Part shown: positions 29,923 to 40,729 of the stretch, one piece after another
Layout of the letters: each line of letters begins with the position of its first letter
How positions within the stretch are numbered: the stretch's first letter is position 1
DNA from: Alphaproteobacteria bacterium
GTDB lineage: Bacteria; Pseudomonadota; Alphaproteobacteria; CALKHQ01
NCBI GenBank assembly: GCA_965227515.1
Contig: CBDDFZ010000001.1
Location: forward strand, 2,848,001-2,912,000
Length of the DNA stretch: 64,000 bases
Direction: 5' to 3'
Notes under the pieces: model-generated
Seen by the model: only the letters and a program-made list of their open reading frames with translations
Told to the model about the DNA's origin: nothing
The model's database searches: none
Made by a program: the position numbers and the translations under genes

Positions 29923-30048
29923 CTACAGGAACGCCCAGGCCATCAGCAGCAGGATGATCACCACGGCGATGATCGACTTCATCGAGATGCTGGTGAAGCT
30001 CTTCCAGGTCTTGACGTGGGCTTCGTCGATCTGGTTCAGGTCGACCAT
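29923..30048 (-). CDS. aa3-type cytochrome c oxidase subunit IV-like small membrane protein (41 aa)
   Basis: Below the ORF-track cutoff. MVDLNQIDEAHVKTWKSFTSISMKSIIAVVIILLLMAWAFL; strong RBS GGAGGGG; H-x-x-T-[YW]-x-x-F motif followed by one TM helix. Confidence 0.8.
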   Translation of the reverse strand: MVDLNQIDEAHVKTWKSFTSISMKSIIAVVIILLLMAWAFL

Positions 30049-30115
30049 GCTTTCCCCTCCGGTCTGTTCCCGCTAGCGCGCTGAAATCAGCTTTTGCCGC
30101 AGCCGCCGGCCAGGG

Positions 30116-30754
30116 TCAAGCACCGGTGTCCGGTGGCACGATGTCGGCCAGCCCCGGCGGCGGGCGGACGTCGCCGCGGGCGATCGCGGCGACCGCCGAC
30201 GGGTACAGGCGATGCTCCACCGCGAGCACCCGCGCAGCGAGCGTATCGGGCGTGTCGCCGGGCAGGACCGGCACGCGCTCCTGCGCGATGATCGGGCCGC
30301 CATCCAGTTCGGCGGTCACGAAGTGCACCGTACAGCCGGATTCGGCGCGGCCATCGGCGATGACGCGGGCGTGGGTGTCCAGCCCCTTGTAGTCGGGCAG
30401 CAGCGACGGATGGATGTTGACCAGCCGCCCGGTCCAGGCCTGTACGAATGACGGCGACAGCACCCGCATGAAGCCGGCCAGGCACACCAGGTCCACCCCG
30501 GCGGCACGGAGCGCGTCAGTCAGGGCAGCTTCGAAGCCCGCCTTGTCTGCGTGGGCTTTGTGATCGACCACCGAGGACGGAATGCCGGCGGCGTCGGCGC
30601 GGGCGAGGCCGGCGGCGTCGGCACGATTGGAGACGACCAGCACGATCTCCGCCGGGGCGCCGGGGACCGAGAAGGCGTCGATCAGCGCCTGCAAATTCGA
30701 TCCGCGGCCGGAGATCAGGACGCCTAGCCGCATCACGCCCTGTACTTCGCGCAT
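30116..30754 (-). CDS. purN: Phosphoribosylglycinamide formyltransferase
   Basis: 'LISGRGSNLQAL', 'CLAGFMRVL', 'NIHPSLLP', 'GCTVHFV...DGGPII'. Start is 30754 (coupled to purM) or 30733. Confidence 0.96.
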   Translation of the reverse strand: MREVQGVMRLGVLISGRGSNLQALIDAFSVPGAPAEIVLVVSNRADAAGLARADAAGIPSSVVDHKAHADKAGFEAALTDALRAAGVDLVCLAGFMRVLSPSFVQAWTGRLVNIHPSLLPDYKGLDTHARVIADGRAESGCTVHFVTAELDGGPIIAQERVPVLPGDTPDTLAARVLAVEHRLYPSAVAAIARGDVRPPPGLADIVPPDTGA

Positions 30755-31827
30755 CACGCCCGGTTCGGCCAGTCGTTGACGATCTCCGCGTCCGGTGCAC
30801 CGTCGCCTTCGATCACCTCGCCGACCACATGGACGGTCTCGCCATAGGTGGCGAGCACCTGACGCAGCACGCCAAGCCTGTCCGGCCGGACATAGGCAAG
30901 CATGCCGAGGCCGCAATTGAAGGTGCCGATCAGGTCGGCGCGGTCGAGCCCGCCGGTGTCCGCCAGCCAGCCGAAGACAGGCGGCAATTCCCAGGCCGAC
31001 AGGTCGATGCGCGCGCTCAGCCCACGGGGCAGCACCCGTGGCGGGTTCGTCACCAGCGCACCGCCGGTGATGTGGGCGAGCCCGGTGACCAGGCCGGCCT
31101 GATGCGCGGCCAGGCAGGAGGCGACATAGAGCCGGGTCGGCGTCATCAGTGCCGCGCCGAGCGACAGCGCTTGGGCGGGGAAGGGCGGTGGTGCCGACAG
31201 GTCGCAGCCGGCGTCGGCGACGATGCGCCGGACCAGCGAGAAGCCGTTGGCGTGCACGCCGTCGGAGGCCAGGCCCACGATCAGGTCGCCGGCGGCGATG
31301 TGGCTGCCGTCGAGCAGGTTGCCGCGCTCCGCCGCACCGACCGCGAAGCCGGCGAGGTCGAAATGGCCCGGCGCATAGAGCCCGGGCATCTCCGCCGTCT
31401 CGCCGCCGATCAACGCGCAACCGGCGGTCTTGCAGCCCTGGGCGATGCCGGCGACCACGGCCTCGGCCGCCGCCGGCTCCAGCTTGCCGGTGGCGAAATA
31501 GTCCAGGAAGAACAGCGGCTCGGCGCCCTGCACGACCAGGTCGTTCACGCACATGGCGACAAGGTCGATGCCGACGCCCTGGTTGAGGCCGGTTTCCGCC
31601 GCCATCTCCACCTTGGTGCCGACACCGTCGGTGGCCGCGACCAGGATCGGGTCGCGATAGCCGGTGGCGGCCAGGTCGAAAAGCCCGCCAAACCCGCCCA
31701 GCCCGCCATCCGCGCCGGGCCGCGCGGTGCTGGCGGCCAGCGGCGCAATATTGCCGACGAAGCGGTCGCCCGCTTCAACGTCGACACCGGCGTCTCGATA
31801 TCGGTCGGCCAAGGTCCGAGTCCCCAA
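30754..31827 (-). CDS. purM: AIR synthetase
   Basis: 'YRDAGVD', 'TDGVGTK', '[11 protein letters not shown]', 'GGETAEMPG', 'HITGG', 'TFNCGLG'. Confidence 0.97.
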   Translation of the reverse strand: MGTRTLADRYRDAGVDVEAGDRFVGNIAPLAASTARPGADGGLGGFGGLFDLAATGYRDPILVAATDGVGTKVEMAAETGLNQGVGIDLVAMCVNDLVVQGAEPLFFLDYFATGKLEPAAAEAVVAGIAQGCKTAGCALIGGETAEMPGLYAPGHFDLAGFAVGAAERGNLLDGSHIAAGDLIVGLASDGVHANGFSLVRRIVADAGCDLSAPPPFPAQALSLGAALMTPTRLYVASCLAAHQAGLVTGLAHITGGALVTNPPRVLPRGLSARIDLSAWELPPVFGWLADTGGLDRADLIGTFNCGLGMLAYVRPDRLGVLRQVLATYGETVHVVGEVIEGDGAPDAEIVNDWPNRA

Positions 31828-31915
31828 AAAATGCCCTAATCTCCGATAGCATATGGTGGCCGTCGGTGCGATGCGTCGTGGTGACGGCAGCGCGGGGCTT
31901 GCGGTAGCGGAGGGA

Positions 31916-33211
31916 ATGATGGCGTCGGGAATTATGGCGTCGAGATTGATGGCGTTACGGGGCGCATTTCTGGCGGTTCTGGCGTGCCTGTTGGCGTTGC
32001 CGGCGCTGGCGACGACGGCGCGCGCCGATGCGTTCGCGGGCCGCGTGTCCGTGACCTATACGCCGGCCGGCGATGCGGCCGCGCGCGAGGCGGCATTGCT
32101 CGATGCCCAGGCCCAGGTGATGTCGATGGTTCTGCAACGGCTGACGTCCAGCCGCGACCATGGACGGCTGCCGCAGGCCAGCGGACCGAACGTGCCGGGC
32201 TATGTGCGCGAGGTAACCGTGCTCACCGAAACCGACGACGGCGGCGGGACCCGCATGGATGTGCGGGTCAGCATGCGCTCCGACGCGCTGACCCAGATGC
32301 TCGACAGCCTGGGGCTGGAATACTGGACCAACCGCGCGCCGAACCTGGTGCTGGTCGCGGTCGACCAGCGCTCGGGCACGCCCACGCTGTGGGGCGGGGT
32401 CAATCCGTGGCTGGATGCCTGGGGGCTGGATGACCACAGCGGCGATCTGGTGCCGTTGCTGGTGCCCTATGGTGAGATCGGCGACCTGCGCACGATCACG
32501 GTGGAACAGGCGGTCGCGGGCGACGCGGTGGCGCTGCAGGCCCTGGCCAACAAGTACGGCGCGGCCGGTGCGCTGGTCGCCATCGTACGGACCGACGGCA
32601 TCGACCTGATGGCGTACGGCCCCGAGGTGCCGGAGATCGACATCCAGGTGCCGGTGCCGGCGGGCGGCGACCTGACCACGGCGGTTGGCGCGGCGGTCGA
32701 GGCGCTGAGCCGGCAGTGGGTCGACGACAATCTGGTGCCGAGCTTCGACGGCCCGGTGTCGCCCATCGACCTGATGGTAACGTTCACCAACTTCCAGGAC
32801 TGGGCCGAGATCCGCCGCCGGCTGACCGAGTCGCCGGTGATCGAGCGCATCGAGGTGCCGACCATGGCGGCCGGCCAGGCCCATGTGGTTATCTACCACT
32901 ACGCCGACCTGTCCACGGCGACGCGGGAACTGGCCGCGGCGGGCCTGGAGATGCAGGCTGGCGTGCCAGGCCCGATGTCGCACAGCGGCTATGTGCTACG
33001 GCTGGCGCCCGGTGTCTCGCCGCAGGCGGTGGTGGACGGCAACGTGCCGCAGCAGCCGGGCCAGCCCTTGAACCTCCACATCGTGCCGGGGCCGCCCGGC
33101 ATTGTCAGCGAAGGCGACCAGGGCGGCCAGCCCGGCCCCGCGGGCAGCGATTTCGGCATTTCGCCTGACGCGACCTCCATCCCGTCCTTGCAGTTCCGCC
33201 CGCAGCAATAA
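31916..33211 (+). CDS. Exported DUF2066-like protein
   Basis: Signal peptide, '[11 protein letters not shown]', 'NPWLDAW', '[12 protein letters not shown]', 'DWAEIRRRL'; conserved position divergent from purM. Start uncertain (31853-31949). Confidence 0.65.
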   Translation: MMASGIMASRLMALRGAFLAVLACLLALPALATTARADAFAGRVSVTYTPAGDAAAREAALLDAQAQVMSMVLQRLTSSRDHGRLPQASGPNVPGYVREVTVLTETDDGGGTRMDVRVSMRSDALTQMLDSLGLEYWTNRAPNLVLVAVDQRSGTPTLWGGVNPWLDAWGLDDHSGDLVPLLVPYGEIGDLRTITVEQAVAGDAVALQALANKYGAAGALVAIVRTDGIDLMAYGPEVPEIDIQVPVPAGGDLTTAVGAAVEALSRQWVDDNLVPSFDGPVSPIDLMVTFTNFQDWAEIRRRLTESPVIERIEVPTMAAGQAHVVIYHYADLSTATRELAAAGLEMQAGVPGPMSHSGYVLRLAPGVSPQAVVDGNVPQQPGQPLNLHIVPGPPGIVSEGDQGGQPGPAGSDFGISPDATSIPSLQFRPQQ

Positions 33212-33267
33212 CCGATTGGCTGCCGCGCGCCGCGTGGGGTCTTGCCCGCGCGGGGTTTTGCGGTCAC

Positions 33268-33996
33268 ATGAAGGCCATGAGCAATGGGCAATTGACGCTG
33301 GCGTTCGACCGGTCGGTTTCGTTCGCGCCGAGCGACTATGTGGTGACCGACGCGAACCAGGCGGCGCGCCAGACGGTGGACGCCCGGGCGGTCTGGCCGC
33401 ATTTCGCGCAGGCGCTGGTCGGGCCTGTCGGGGCCGGCAAGACCCATCTGGCCCACATCTGGCTTGGCGACGGTGGCGGCACTCATCTGCCGGCGGCGCG
33501 ACTCGGCGAGGTCGACATCGCCGCGGTGCTGGCGGACGTGCCGCGTGTCGCGCTGGACATGGGAGAACTTGCGGCACCGCCGCCCGCGCTCGAGGAACCG
33601 TTGCTGCATCTCTACAATGCGGTCGGCGAGGCGGACGGCCGCCTGTTGCTGGTGGCGCGCGAGCTGCCGGCGCGCTGGCCGGTGTCTCTGCCCGACCTGC
33701 GTTCGCGCCTGGCGGTGATCCCGGTGGTCGAACTGCCGCCGCCGGACGACGACCTGCTGGTCGCCGTGATCGCCAAGCAGGCGACCGACCGGCAGATCCA
33801 CATCGACGCCGACGTGATTACGATGATCGTCAAGCGCATCGACCGCACCTATGTCGAGGCGCAACGGGTCGTGGCCGCCCTGGATGCCAAGGCGATGGCG
33901 ACACGGCGGTCGATCAACCGCGGCTTGGCGGGCGACGTGCTGCGCGAACTGGGCTATATCCCAGCGCCAACAAACATTGACGAGACAACGGGGTAG
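33268..33996 (+). CDS. hdaA: DnaA regulatory inactivator HdaA
   Basis: Clamp-binding 'QLTLAF', '[14 protein letters not shown]', 'LLHLYN', 'LPDLRSRL'. Confidence 0.9.
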   Translation: MKAMSNGQLTLAFDRSVSFAPSDYVVTDANQAARQTVDARAVWPHFAQALVGPVGAGKTHLAHIWLGDGGGTHLPAARLGEVDIAAVLADVPRVALDMGELAAPPPALEEPLLHLYNAVGEADGRLLLVARELPARWPVSLPDLRSRLAVIPVVELPPPDDDLLVAVIAKQATDRQIHIDADVITMIVKRIDRTYVEAQRVVAALDAKAMATRRSINRGLAGDVLRELGYIPAPTNIDETTG

Positions 33997-33998
33997 CG

Positions 33999-34778
33999 AT
34001 GGATCTGGGAATTGCCGGCCGCAAGGCGATCGTATGCGCGGCCAGCCGTGGGCTTGGCCGGGCGTGCGCCACGGCGCTGGCGGCCAATGGCGTCGACGTG
34101 GTGATCAACGCACGCGGTGCCGAGGCGTTGGAGGCGACGGCCGAGGACATCCGCCAAGCGCACGGCGTCAAGGTGACGGCGGTGGCCTGCGACATCACCA
34201 CGCCGGCCGGGCGCGACGAGGTGCTGGCCGCATGCCCGGACCCGGACATCCTGGTGAACAATGCGGGCGGGCCGCCGCCCGGCGACTTCCGCGATTGGAC
34301 CGACGAGGACTGGCACAAGGCGGTGCAGGCCAACATGATCACCGCGATCATGCTGATCCAGGCGGTTGTGGACAAAATGCGCGAACGCGGGTTCGGGCGC
34401 ATCGTCAACATCACGTCGGCGGCGGTGAAGTCGCCTATTCCGACCCTCGGGCTCTCGAACGGTGCGCGGGCGGGGCTGACCGGGTTCTGCGCCGGCCTGT
34501 CGCGGCAGGTGGCGCGCGACAACGTGACCATCAACAACATGCTGCCGGGCCCGTTCGAGACCGACCGGCTGACCAGCAATATCCAGATGGCGGCGGACAA
34601 GGCCGGTGTGGACTTCGACACCATCGCCAAGGAACGCGCGGCGCAGAACCCGAGCGGCCGGTTCGGCCAGCCGGAGGAGTTCGGCGCGATCTGCGGCTTC
34701 CTGTGCAGCGCCCATGCCGGCTACATCGTCGGCCAGAACATCACCGTCGACGGCGGCCTGTTCAACAGCACGTTCTGA
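33999..34778 (+). CDS. SDR family oxidoreductase
   Basis: '[20 protein letters not shown]', 'NNAGGPPPG', 'LSNGARAG'. Confidence 0.92.
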   Translation: MDLGIAGRKAIVCAASRGLGRACATALAANGVDVVINARGAEALEATAEDIRQAHGVKVTAVACDITTPAGRDEVLAACPDPDILVNNAGGPPPGDFRDWTDEDWHKAVQANMITAIMLIQAVVDKMRERGFGRIVNITSAAVKSPIPTLGLSNGARAGLTGFCAGLSRQVARDNVTINNMLPGPFETDRLTSNIQMAADKAGVDFDTIAKERAAQNPSGRFGQPEEFGAICGFLCSAHAGYIVGQNITVDGGLFNSTF

Positions 34779-34858
34779 CTTGTGTCCAGAACGGTCACGC
34801 AACCGCAATTGTGGCGTGCTATGTATATGACCAGCTTGAACAATTGACCGGGCCAGAA

Positions 34859-37120
34859 ATGTCGTCGTCCACGGCGCTGCAGAAGATCAAGGATGAGGTG
34901 GTGCAGGTCGGCGAAGAGGCCACCGGGAAGGACGCGCAGACTGCCGCGCAGAGTGCCGCGAAGACCAAGCAGCGCTCGGGCACGCCGCGCGCCAAGACGC
35001 CTGCCATACGTCGACGGGCGGACCGCTTCATCAACCGCGAACTCTCCTGGCTCGCCTTCAACCAGCGTGTGCTGGACGAGGCGGAGAACCACAATCACCC
35101 GCTGTTCGAACGGGTGCGGTTCCTGTCGATCTCGGCCAGCAACCTGGACGAGTTCTACATGGTGCGCGTCGCCGGCCTGAAGAGCCAGGTGGACGCGCGG
35201 CTGGACATGCGCAGTGCCGACGGCATGACCCCGGCGGAGCAGTTGGTGGCGATCAACCAGCGTGCGGCCGCGCTGATGGACGACCAGCAGCGTGTCTGGG
35301 ACAAGCTGCAGCAGGAACTGGCGGAGGCGGGACTGGCCATCGTGGGGCAGGACGACCTGTCCGAAGCCGACCTGGTCTGGCTGTCCGACCATTTCCTGGA
35401 GCATATCTTCCCAGTGCTGACGCCGTTGGCGATCGATCCCGCCCATCCGTTTCCGTTCCTGCCCAATCTGGCGTCGGCGCTGATCCTGCAACTTGAGAAC
35501 AAGGAGCAGGACCATTCGGTGCAGGCGCTGGTGCCGCTGCCGCAGCAGGTGAAGCGTTTCGTCCGCCTGCCCGATTCGCCGGTGCGTTTCGTGCGGCTTG
35601 AAGTGCTGGTGGAAATGTTCCTGGGCGAGCTTTTCCCCAAGTTTTCAGTGGTTTCCAGCGGTGTCTTCAGATTGATCCGGGACAGCGAGGTGGAGATCGA
35701 CGAAGAGGCCGAGGACCTGGTCCGCCACTTCGAGAGCGCCTTGAAGCGGCGCCGCCGCGGCAACACGATCCGGCTGACCTTCGGCGCCGACCTGCCGCAG
35801 CACCTCAAGCGCATCGTGATGCACAACCTCGAGATCGAGGAGATCGACGCCTTCAAGCTCACTGGCCTGACCGGTCTGCGCGACGTCAGCCAACTGATCA
35901 CCGACGACCTGCCCGGCCACGAGTTCCCGCCCTACCGCCCGCGCTTCCCGGAGCGGATCAAGGAGTTCGGCGGGGATTGCTTCGCGGCCATCCGGCAGAA
36001 GGACATGATCGTCCACCATCCGTACGAATCGTTCGACGTGGTGGTCGACTTCCTGCGCCAGGCGGCGGCCGACCCGGCGGTGATCGCGATCAAGCAGACC
36101 CTCTACCGCACCAGCGACGACTCCCCGATCATTCGCCAGCTCATCAATGCTGCCGAGCAGGGCAAGTCGGTGACCGCGCTCGTGGAGTTGAAGGCGCGGT
36201 TCGACGAAGAGGCGAACATCCGCTGGGCCCGCGACCTGGAACGCGCCGGCGTGTCGGTGATCTACGGCTTCGTCGACCTGAAGACCCACGCCAAGGTATC
36301 GATGGTGGTGCGGCGCGAGGGCACCGGCCTGCACACCTATTGCCATTTCGGCACCGGCAACTATCACCCGGTGACCGCGAAGATCTACACCGACCTGTCG
36401 TTCTTTACCGACGACCCCGCGCTGTGCCGCGACGCCGCGCGCACGTTCAACTTCATGACCAGCTATGCCTGGCCTGACCAGCTCGAGAAGCTGGCACTGG
36501 CGCCGCATTCCCTGCGCTCCACGCTGGTGGAGCTGATCGACGAGGAGATCGTGCACGCCAAGGCGGGCCGGCCGGCCGCGATCTGGGTCAAGCTGAACGC
36601 ATTGGTCGATGCCGACATCATCGACCGGCTCTACGACGCCTCGCAAGCCGGCGTGGAGATCGACCTCGTCATTCGCGGCATCTGTTGCCTGCGGCCCGGG
36701 GTGAAGGGCCTTTCCGAGCGCATCCGCGTGCGCAGCATCGTCGGCCGCTTCCTGGAGCACTCACGCATCGTTTGCTTCGGGGCCGGCCACGGGCTGCCGT
36801 CGCCGCAGGCGCGGGTGTTCATCTCGTCGGCCGACTGGATGCCCCGGAACCTCAACCGCCGGGTCGAGACCCTGGTGCCGATCGAGAACGAGACCGTGCA
36901 CCAGCAGGTGCTGGACCAGATCATGATGGCCAGCCTGAAGGACAATATGCAAAGCTGGACCCTGGATGCGGAAGGCACGTTCCATCGCGTGGTTTCCGAC
37001 GATCAGGAGTTTTCGGCCCACCAATACTTCATGACCAATCCGTCGCTGTCCGGTCGCGGGTCGTCGCTGGAGTACGACCGGCCGGCGATGATCGCGACGG
37101 CTTCGGTCGCGACTGACTAG
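34859..37120 (+). CDS. ppk1: Polyphosphate kinase 1
   Basis: '[12 protein letters not shown]', '[13 protein letters not shown]', 'HHPYESF', 'KTHAK', 'GRFLEHSR', 'SADWMPRNL'. True start is near ATG 34859, not 33851. Confidence 0.97.
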   Translation: MSSSTALQKIKDEVVQVGEEATGKDAQTAAQSAAKTKQRSGTPRAKTPAIRRRADRFINRELSWLAFNQRVLDEAENHNHPLFERVRFLSISASNLDEFYMVRVAGLKSQVDARLDMRSADGMTPAEQLVAINQRAAALMDDQQRVWDKLQQELAEAGLAIVGQDDLSEADLVWLSDHFLEHIFPVLTPLAIDPAHPFPFLPNLASALILQLENKEQDHSVQALVPLPQQVKRFVRLPDSPVRFVRLEVLVEMFLGELFPKFSVVSSGVFRLIRDSEVEIDEEAEDLVRHFESALKRRRRGNTIRLTFGADLPQHLKRIVMHNLEIEEIDAFKLTGLTGLRDVSQLITDDLPGHEFPPYRPRFPERIKEFGGDCFAAIRQKDMIVHHPYESFDVVVDFLRQAAADPAVIAIKQTLYRTSDDSPIIRQLINAAEQGKSVTALVELKARFDEEANIRWARDLERAGVSVIYGFVDLKTHAKVSMVVRREGTGLHTYCHFGTGNYHPVTAKIYTDLSFFTDDPALCRDAARTFNFMTSYAWPDQLEKLALAPHSLRSTLVELIDEEIVHAKAGRPAAIWVKLNALVDADIIDRLYDASQAGVEIDLVIRGICCLRPGVKGLSERIRVRSIVGRFLEHSRIVCFGAGHGLPSPQARVFISSADWMPRNLNRRVETLVPIENETVHQQVLDQIMMASLKDNMQSWTLDAEGTFHRVVSDDQEFSAHQYFMTNPSLSGRGSSLEYDRPAMIATASVATD

Positions 37121-37131
37121 GTCTTTGGTAC

Positions 37132-38634
37132 ATGCCCAAGTTTGAGCGCGCCGTCGATCAGGCGCGGTTGGCGGTTATCGATATCGGCTCCAACTCGGTG
37201 CGGATGATCGTCTATGACGGCATGCACCGCGCCGCCCAGCCCATATTCAACGAGAAGGCGAATTGCGGGCTTGGGTCCCAGGCGGCCGAGCCAGGCATGC
37301 TGGACGACAAATCCATCGCGCGCACCGTCACCACACTGGTGCGCTTCTGTCGTATCGCACGGGCCATGGATGTGGCCGACATTGACGCGTTCGCGACGGC
37401 GGCCGTGCGCGATGCCAACAACCGTGACGCGCTGTTGGCCGCGATCGATCGCGCCTGCGGGCTGAAGGTCGAGGTGCTGAGCGGCGAGGACGAGGCCCGG
37501 ATGGCCGCGGCCGGCGTGCTGGCGTCCTTCCGGAACGCGACGGGTGTGACCGGCGACCTGGGCGGTGGCAGCCTGGAGTTGGTGGCGCTGGAGAACGGGC
37601 GGCAGGAGCGTCACGCGACCATGCCGCTGGGCGTCGTGCGGCTGATCGACGCCACCGGGGCCAAGCCGATCGCCATCGAGAGGGTGATCGAGGCCGAGAT
37701 GTCGCAACTGGCGTGGCTGGACGACGCCAAGTCGGACGTATTCTATGTTGTCGGTGGGGCATGGCGGGCGCTGGCGCGCACCTTCATGAACGCCATCGAC
37801 TATCCGCTGCACATTGTGCATGCGCTGCCGGTGCCCTGCGGCGACATGATCGACTTCGCCCGTGTGATCGAGCGCATGGACAGCTACGATGAGGGGCTGG
37901 TTCGCGGTCTGTCGCGCCGGCGCGTCGAGATGCTGCCGGTGGCCGCCACCCTGATGCGCGTGGTGCTCAATCATCTGCGCCCGAAGACCGTCGTGTTCTC
38001 GGCCCATGGCGTGCGGGAGGGACGGCATTTCCAGCGCCTGAGCGCCGCCGAGCAGGCCCGCGACCCTTTGCTGGCGGCGTGCACGGCGCTGGCCCAGGAC
38101 ACGCCGCGCTTCAAGCTGACCGCCGAGGATGTCTTCGACTGGATGTCGCCGGCATTCGGTGCGGAGACGGACGAGCAGCGCCGCTGGCGCCGCGCGGCGT
38201 GCGTGGTGGCCGATATCGGCTGGCGCCACCATCCGGACTACCGACCGGAACAGGTCTACCGCCGGTTGCTGCTGATGCCGGCTATGGGCCTAGACCACGA
38301 GGGCAGGGCGTTCCTCGCCGCCGCCGGCTTCGCGCGCCACTCCCACCATATCGACCATCCCTGCCTGAAGCCGTCTTTCGCGCTGTTGGAGGCGGACCGG
38401 CTGCGCGCCGCGTTCCTGACCGGAGCGGCGCAGCGATTGGCCTATGAATTGAGCGGGGGCGATCCGGCGGTGCTGAAAGCCTGCAGCCTGGAGCGCGAGG
38501 GCGACGACTTCGTGGTGACCGCCGACGATGTGTTGCCGGACATCATGGACCCGATCATCCAGCGGCGGCTGAACCAGATGTCGCGCCTGGTGGCGACCGA
38601 TGTCGGGGCGGTGGAGACGGCGGCGGTCGCCTGA
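37132..38634 (+). CDS. ppx: Ppx/GppA exopolyphosphatase
   Basis: 'IDIGSNSVR', 'ATAAVRDA', 'GEDEA', 'DLGGGSLEL', 'GVREG'. Confidence 0.94.
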   Translation: MPKFERAVDQARLAVIDIGSNSVRMIVYDGMHRAAQPIFNEKANCGLGSQAAEPGMLDDKSIARTVTTLVRFCRIARAMDVADIDAFATAAVRDANNRDALLAAIDRACGLKVEVLSGEDEARMAAAGVLASFRNATGVTGDLGGGSLELVALENGRQERHATMPLGVVRLIDATGAKPIAIERVIEAEMSQLAWLDDAKSDVFYVVGGAWRALARTFMNAIDYPLHIVHALPVPCGDMIDFARVIERMDSYDEGLVRGLSRRRVEMLPVAATLMRVVLNHLRPKTVVFSAHGVREGRHFQRLSAAEQARDPLLAACTALAQDTPRFKLTAEDVFDWMSPAFGAETDEQRRWRRAACVVADIGWRHHPDYRPEQVYRRLLLMPAMGLDHEGRAFLAAAGFARHSHHIDHPCLKPSFALLEADRLRAAFLTGAAQRLAYELSGGDPAVLKACSLEREGDDFVVTADDVLPDIMDPIIQRRLNQMSRLVATDVGAVETAAVA

Positions 38635-38659
38635 CCGTTGCCTCGCTGCGGCCTGGCGC

Positions 38660-39880
38660 TCAGGACGGGCTGGCAGCCCGTTCGAACACCTGGACTTCCT
38701 TGCCCTCGGCCGCCAGGCCCAGTTCGCCGCGTGCCACACGCAGCGCATCGGCGCCGAACACTTCGCCGCGCCAGCCTTGCAGGGCGCGCACCTTCGCCTT
38801 GGCCCCGAAGGCGGCGATATGCTCCAGGTCGTCGCCGGTGGCCAGCAGCTTCGGCGCCACGTCGTGCTTCTGGCAGCGCATCCGCAGCAGCACCTTCAAC
38901 AGGTCGACAATCGGGTCCAGGCCCGACGGCAGGTCGGCCCGCGACGGCAGTTTCGGTGCTGCGGAATCGGGAAGCTCCAATCCGCGCTCGACCGCGGCCA
39001 GGATATGGCGCCCCTGGTTGCCGCGCACCGCATTCTTGCCCAGACCGCGAGTGCGTTCCAGCGCCTCCACCGTCGTCGGCTGGCGGGCGGCGATCTCGGC
39101 CAGCGACTCGTCGCGCACGATCCGGTTGCGCGGCACGTCGCAGCGCTGCGCCTCGCGCTCCCGCCATGCCGCCAGCTCGCGCAAGACTTTCAGCACCTTC
39201 GGGCGCGCGTTGCGCACCTTGATCCGCCGCCAGGCGTCGCTGGGATCGGTCTCGTAGAGCGACGGGTCGGCCAGGGCGGCCATGTCGTCCGCCACCCAGT
39301 CCAGCCGACCCGACTTGCGCAGCCGATCCTGCATCGCCTCATAGACCGGCCGCAGATAGACCACGTCGCTCAGCGCATACTCCATCTGCTGCGCGCTCAG
39401 CGGGCGGGCGGCCCAATCGGTGAAGCGCGCGCCCTTGTCGATCCTGACGCCGGCCAGCTTGGAGACCAGGGTGTCATAGGCCGCCTGGTCGCCGAAACCG
39501 CAGACCATGGCCGCGATCTGGGTATCGAACACCGGCGCCGGCAACTTGTCGGACAGGCGCGCGAAGATCTCCATGTCCTGGCGCGCGGCGTGCAGCACCT
39601 TCACGATGCCCGGGTCGTGGAACAGCTCCAGGATCGGCGACAGGTCGATGCCGGGCGCCAGCGGGTCGATCAGCGCGCTGTGCTGGGCGCCCGCGACCTG
39701 CAACAGGCAGAGCTTCGGATAGTAGGTGCTCTCGCGATGGAACTCGGTGTCGACGGTGATGTAGTCGTCGCCCGCCACCGCCTCGCAGAACGCGGCAACC
39801 GCCGCGGTCTCGGTCAGCAGCACCAGTTGGCTTTCGTCGATGCGCGGTGGGGTCTGGCGCTGGCGTCGGTCGGCATTCAT
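38660..39880 (-). CDS. rnd: Ribonuclease D
   Basis: 'VDTEFHRESTYYPKLCLLQ', 'HAARQD', 'FDTQIAA', 'TDWAARPL', HRDC region 'AWREREAQ'. Confidence 0.96.
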   Translation of the reverse strand: MNADRRQRQTPPRIDESQLVLLTETAAVAAFCEAVAGDDYITVDTEFHRESTYYPKLCLLQVAGAQHSALIDPLAPGIDLSPILELFHDPGIVKVLHAARQDMEIFARLSDKLPAPVFDTQIAAMVCGFGDQAAYDTLVSKLAGVRIDKGARFTDWAARPLSAQQMEYALSDVVYLRPVYEAMQDRLRKSGRLDWVADDMAALADPSLYETDPSDAWRRIKVRNARPKVLKVLRELAAWREREAQRCDVPRNRIVRDESLAEIAARQPTTVEALERTRGLGKNAVRGNQGRHILAAVERGLELPDSAAPKLPSRADLPSGLDPIVDLLKVLLRMRCQKHDVAPKLLATGDDLEHIAAFGAKAKVRALQGWRGEVFGADALRVARGELGLAAEGKEVQVFERAASPS

Positions 39881-39983
39881 GGTGAGAGGCGTTGTATAGA
39901 CCAATTCGCCGAATTGGGAAAACCGTTAGCGGTTGTCCCGGCCCATCGGGCAAGACCGGGCTCAAGAGTGTCGTTTCCGAAGT

Positions 39984-40000
39984 GTAGCTATTTATGCTAC
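39984..40000. promoter_or_regulatory. Putative parDE operator palindrome
   Basis: GTAGC-TATTTAT-GCTAC in an AT-rich patch 32 bp upstream of the antitoxin ATG. Confidence 0.4.
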
Positions 40001-40032
40001 TCCATTCGTGCGCATGGAATGGAGCTTCGACG

Positions 40033-40302
40033 ATGGCACGCAATCCCAGCATTTCGCTAACCGAGCACCAGCAACTTTTTGTCGAGAAGCTGGTATCGAG
40101 CGGCCGCTACCATGGCGTTTCCGAAGTCGTGCGCGCCGGATTGCGGCTGCTGGAGGCTGAGGAGGAGAGCAGGCGTGCCGCACTGGAAAATCTGCGCAGC
40201 GGTGTTGCCGAAGGTCTGAGTGATATCGAACAAGGGCGGGTCCGAGAATTCGATGAGGAGCGCATCATCGCCATGGCGGAGCAAGCTCGATCAAACCGCT
40301 GA
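40033..40302 (+). CDS. parD: Type II antitoxin, ParD (CC2985-like RHH) family
   Basis: 'SISLTEHQQLFVEKLVSSGRYHGVSEVVRAGLRLLE...LRSGVAEGLSD'; RBS GGAG. Confidence 0.9.
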   Translation: MARNPSISLTEHQQLFVEKLVSSGRYHGVSEVVRAGLRLLEAEEESRRAALENLRSGVAEGLSDIEQGRVREFDEERIIAMAEQARSNR

Positions 40303-40598
40303 GGCTCCGCATCACCGAACGGGCCGAAGCTGACTTCGTCGATATTTGGGACTATATCGCGCGAGAATCGCCTGATCGTGCCAGCGGGTTCATTCGCGAG
40401 ATCAGGGCGCGGTTCAAACCGTTGTGCCTGCACCCGGAACTCGGTCCGTCGCGCGGCTCACTCGGCGAAGGCCTGAGGGTCCATTTCCACCGGGCCTATG
40501 CCATTTACTACCGCGCCACCGATACAGACCTCATCATCGTGCATGTGACGCACGGTTCGCGCGACATCGCCTCGTCTTTCGAGCCGCCAGAGCGCTGA
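40290..40598 (+). CDS. parE: Type II toxin, RelE/ParE family, lacking a canonical start codon
   Basis: Not in the ORF track. Frame reads [42 protein letters not shown]...[28 protein letters not shown]...[10 protein letters not shown]. Candidate starts are ATC 40290 and CTG 40299. Confidence 0.85.
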   Translation: MKPLRLRITERAEADFVDIWDYIARESPDRASGFIREIRARFKPLCLHPELGPSRGSLGEGLRVHFHRAYAIYYRATDTDLIIVHVTHGSRDIASSFEPPER

Positions 40599-40729
40599 CG
40601 GCGCCGCTGAAATTATGCCTGCTTGACATTGCCGCGCCGCGTGTGGACTTTCGCGGCGCTTTTCCACCCCATTTATCTGCCGGGCCCCACGGCTTGCCGA
40701 GCTGTTGGTCCAACCAGTCGAACGAGGCC

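Noticed and set aside
30116-31552. 478-aa ORF suggesting an extended PurN
   Set aside because: The N-terminal part overlaps purM in another frame; PurN begins at 30754/30733.
33851-37120. 1089-aa ORF suggesting a giant Ppk1 fusion
   Set aside because: The first ~336 codons are an off-frame read through hdaA and the SDR gene; Ppk1 similarity starts after ATG 34859.
40424-40729. N-terminal extension of AspS
   Set aside because: Overlaps the ParE frame and intergenic DNA; AspS begins at MMHPYRTH (40730).
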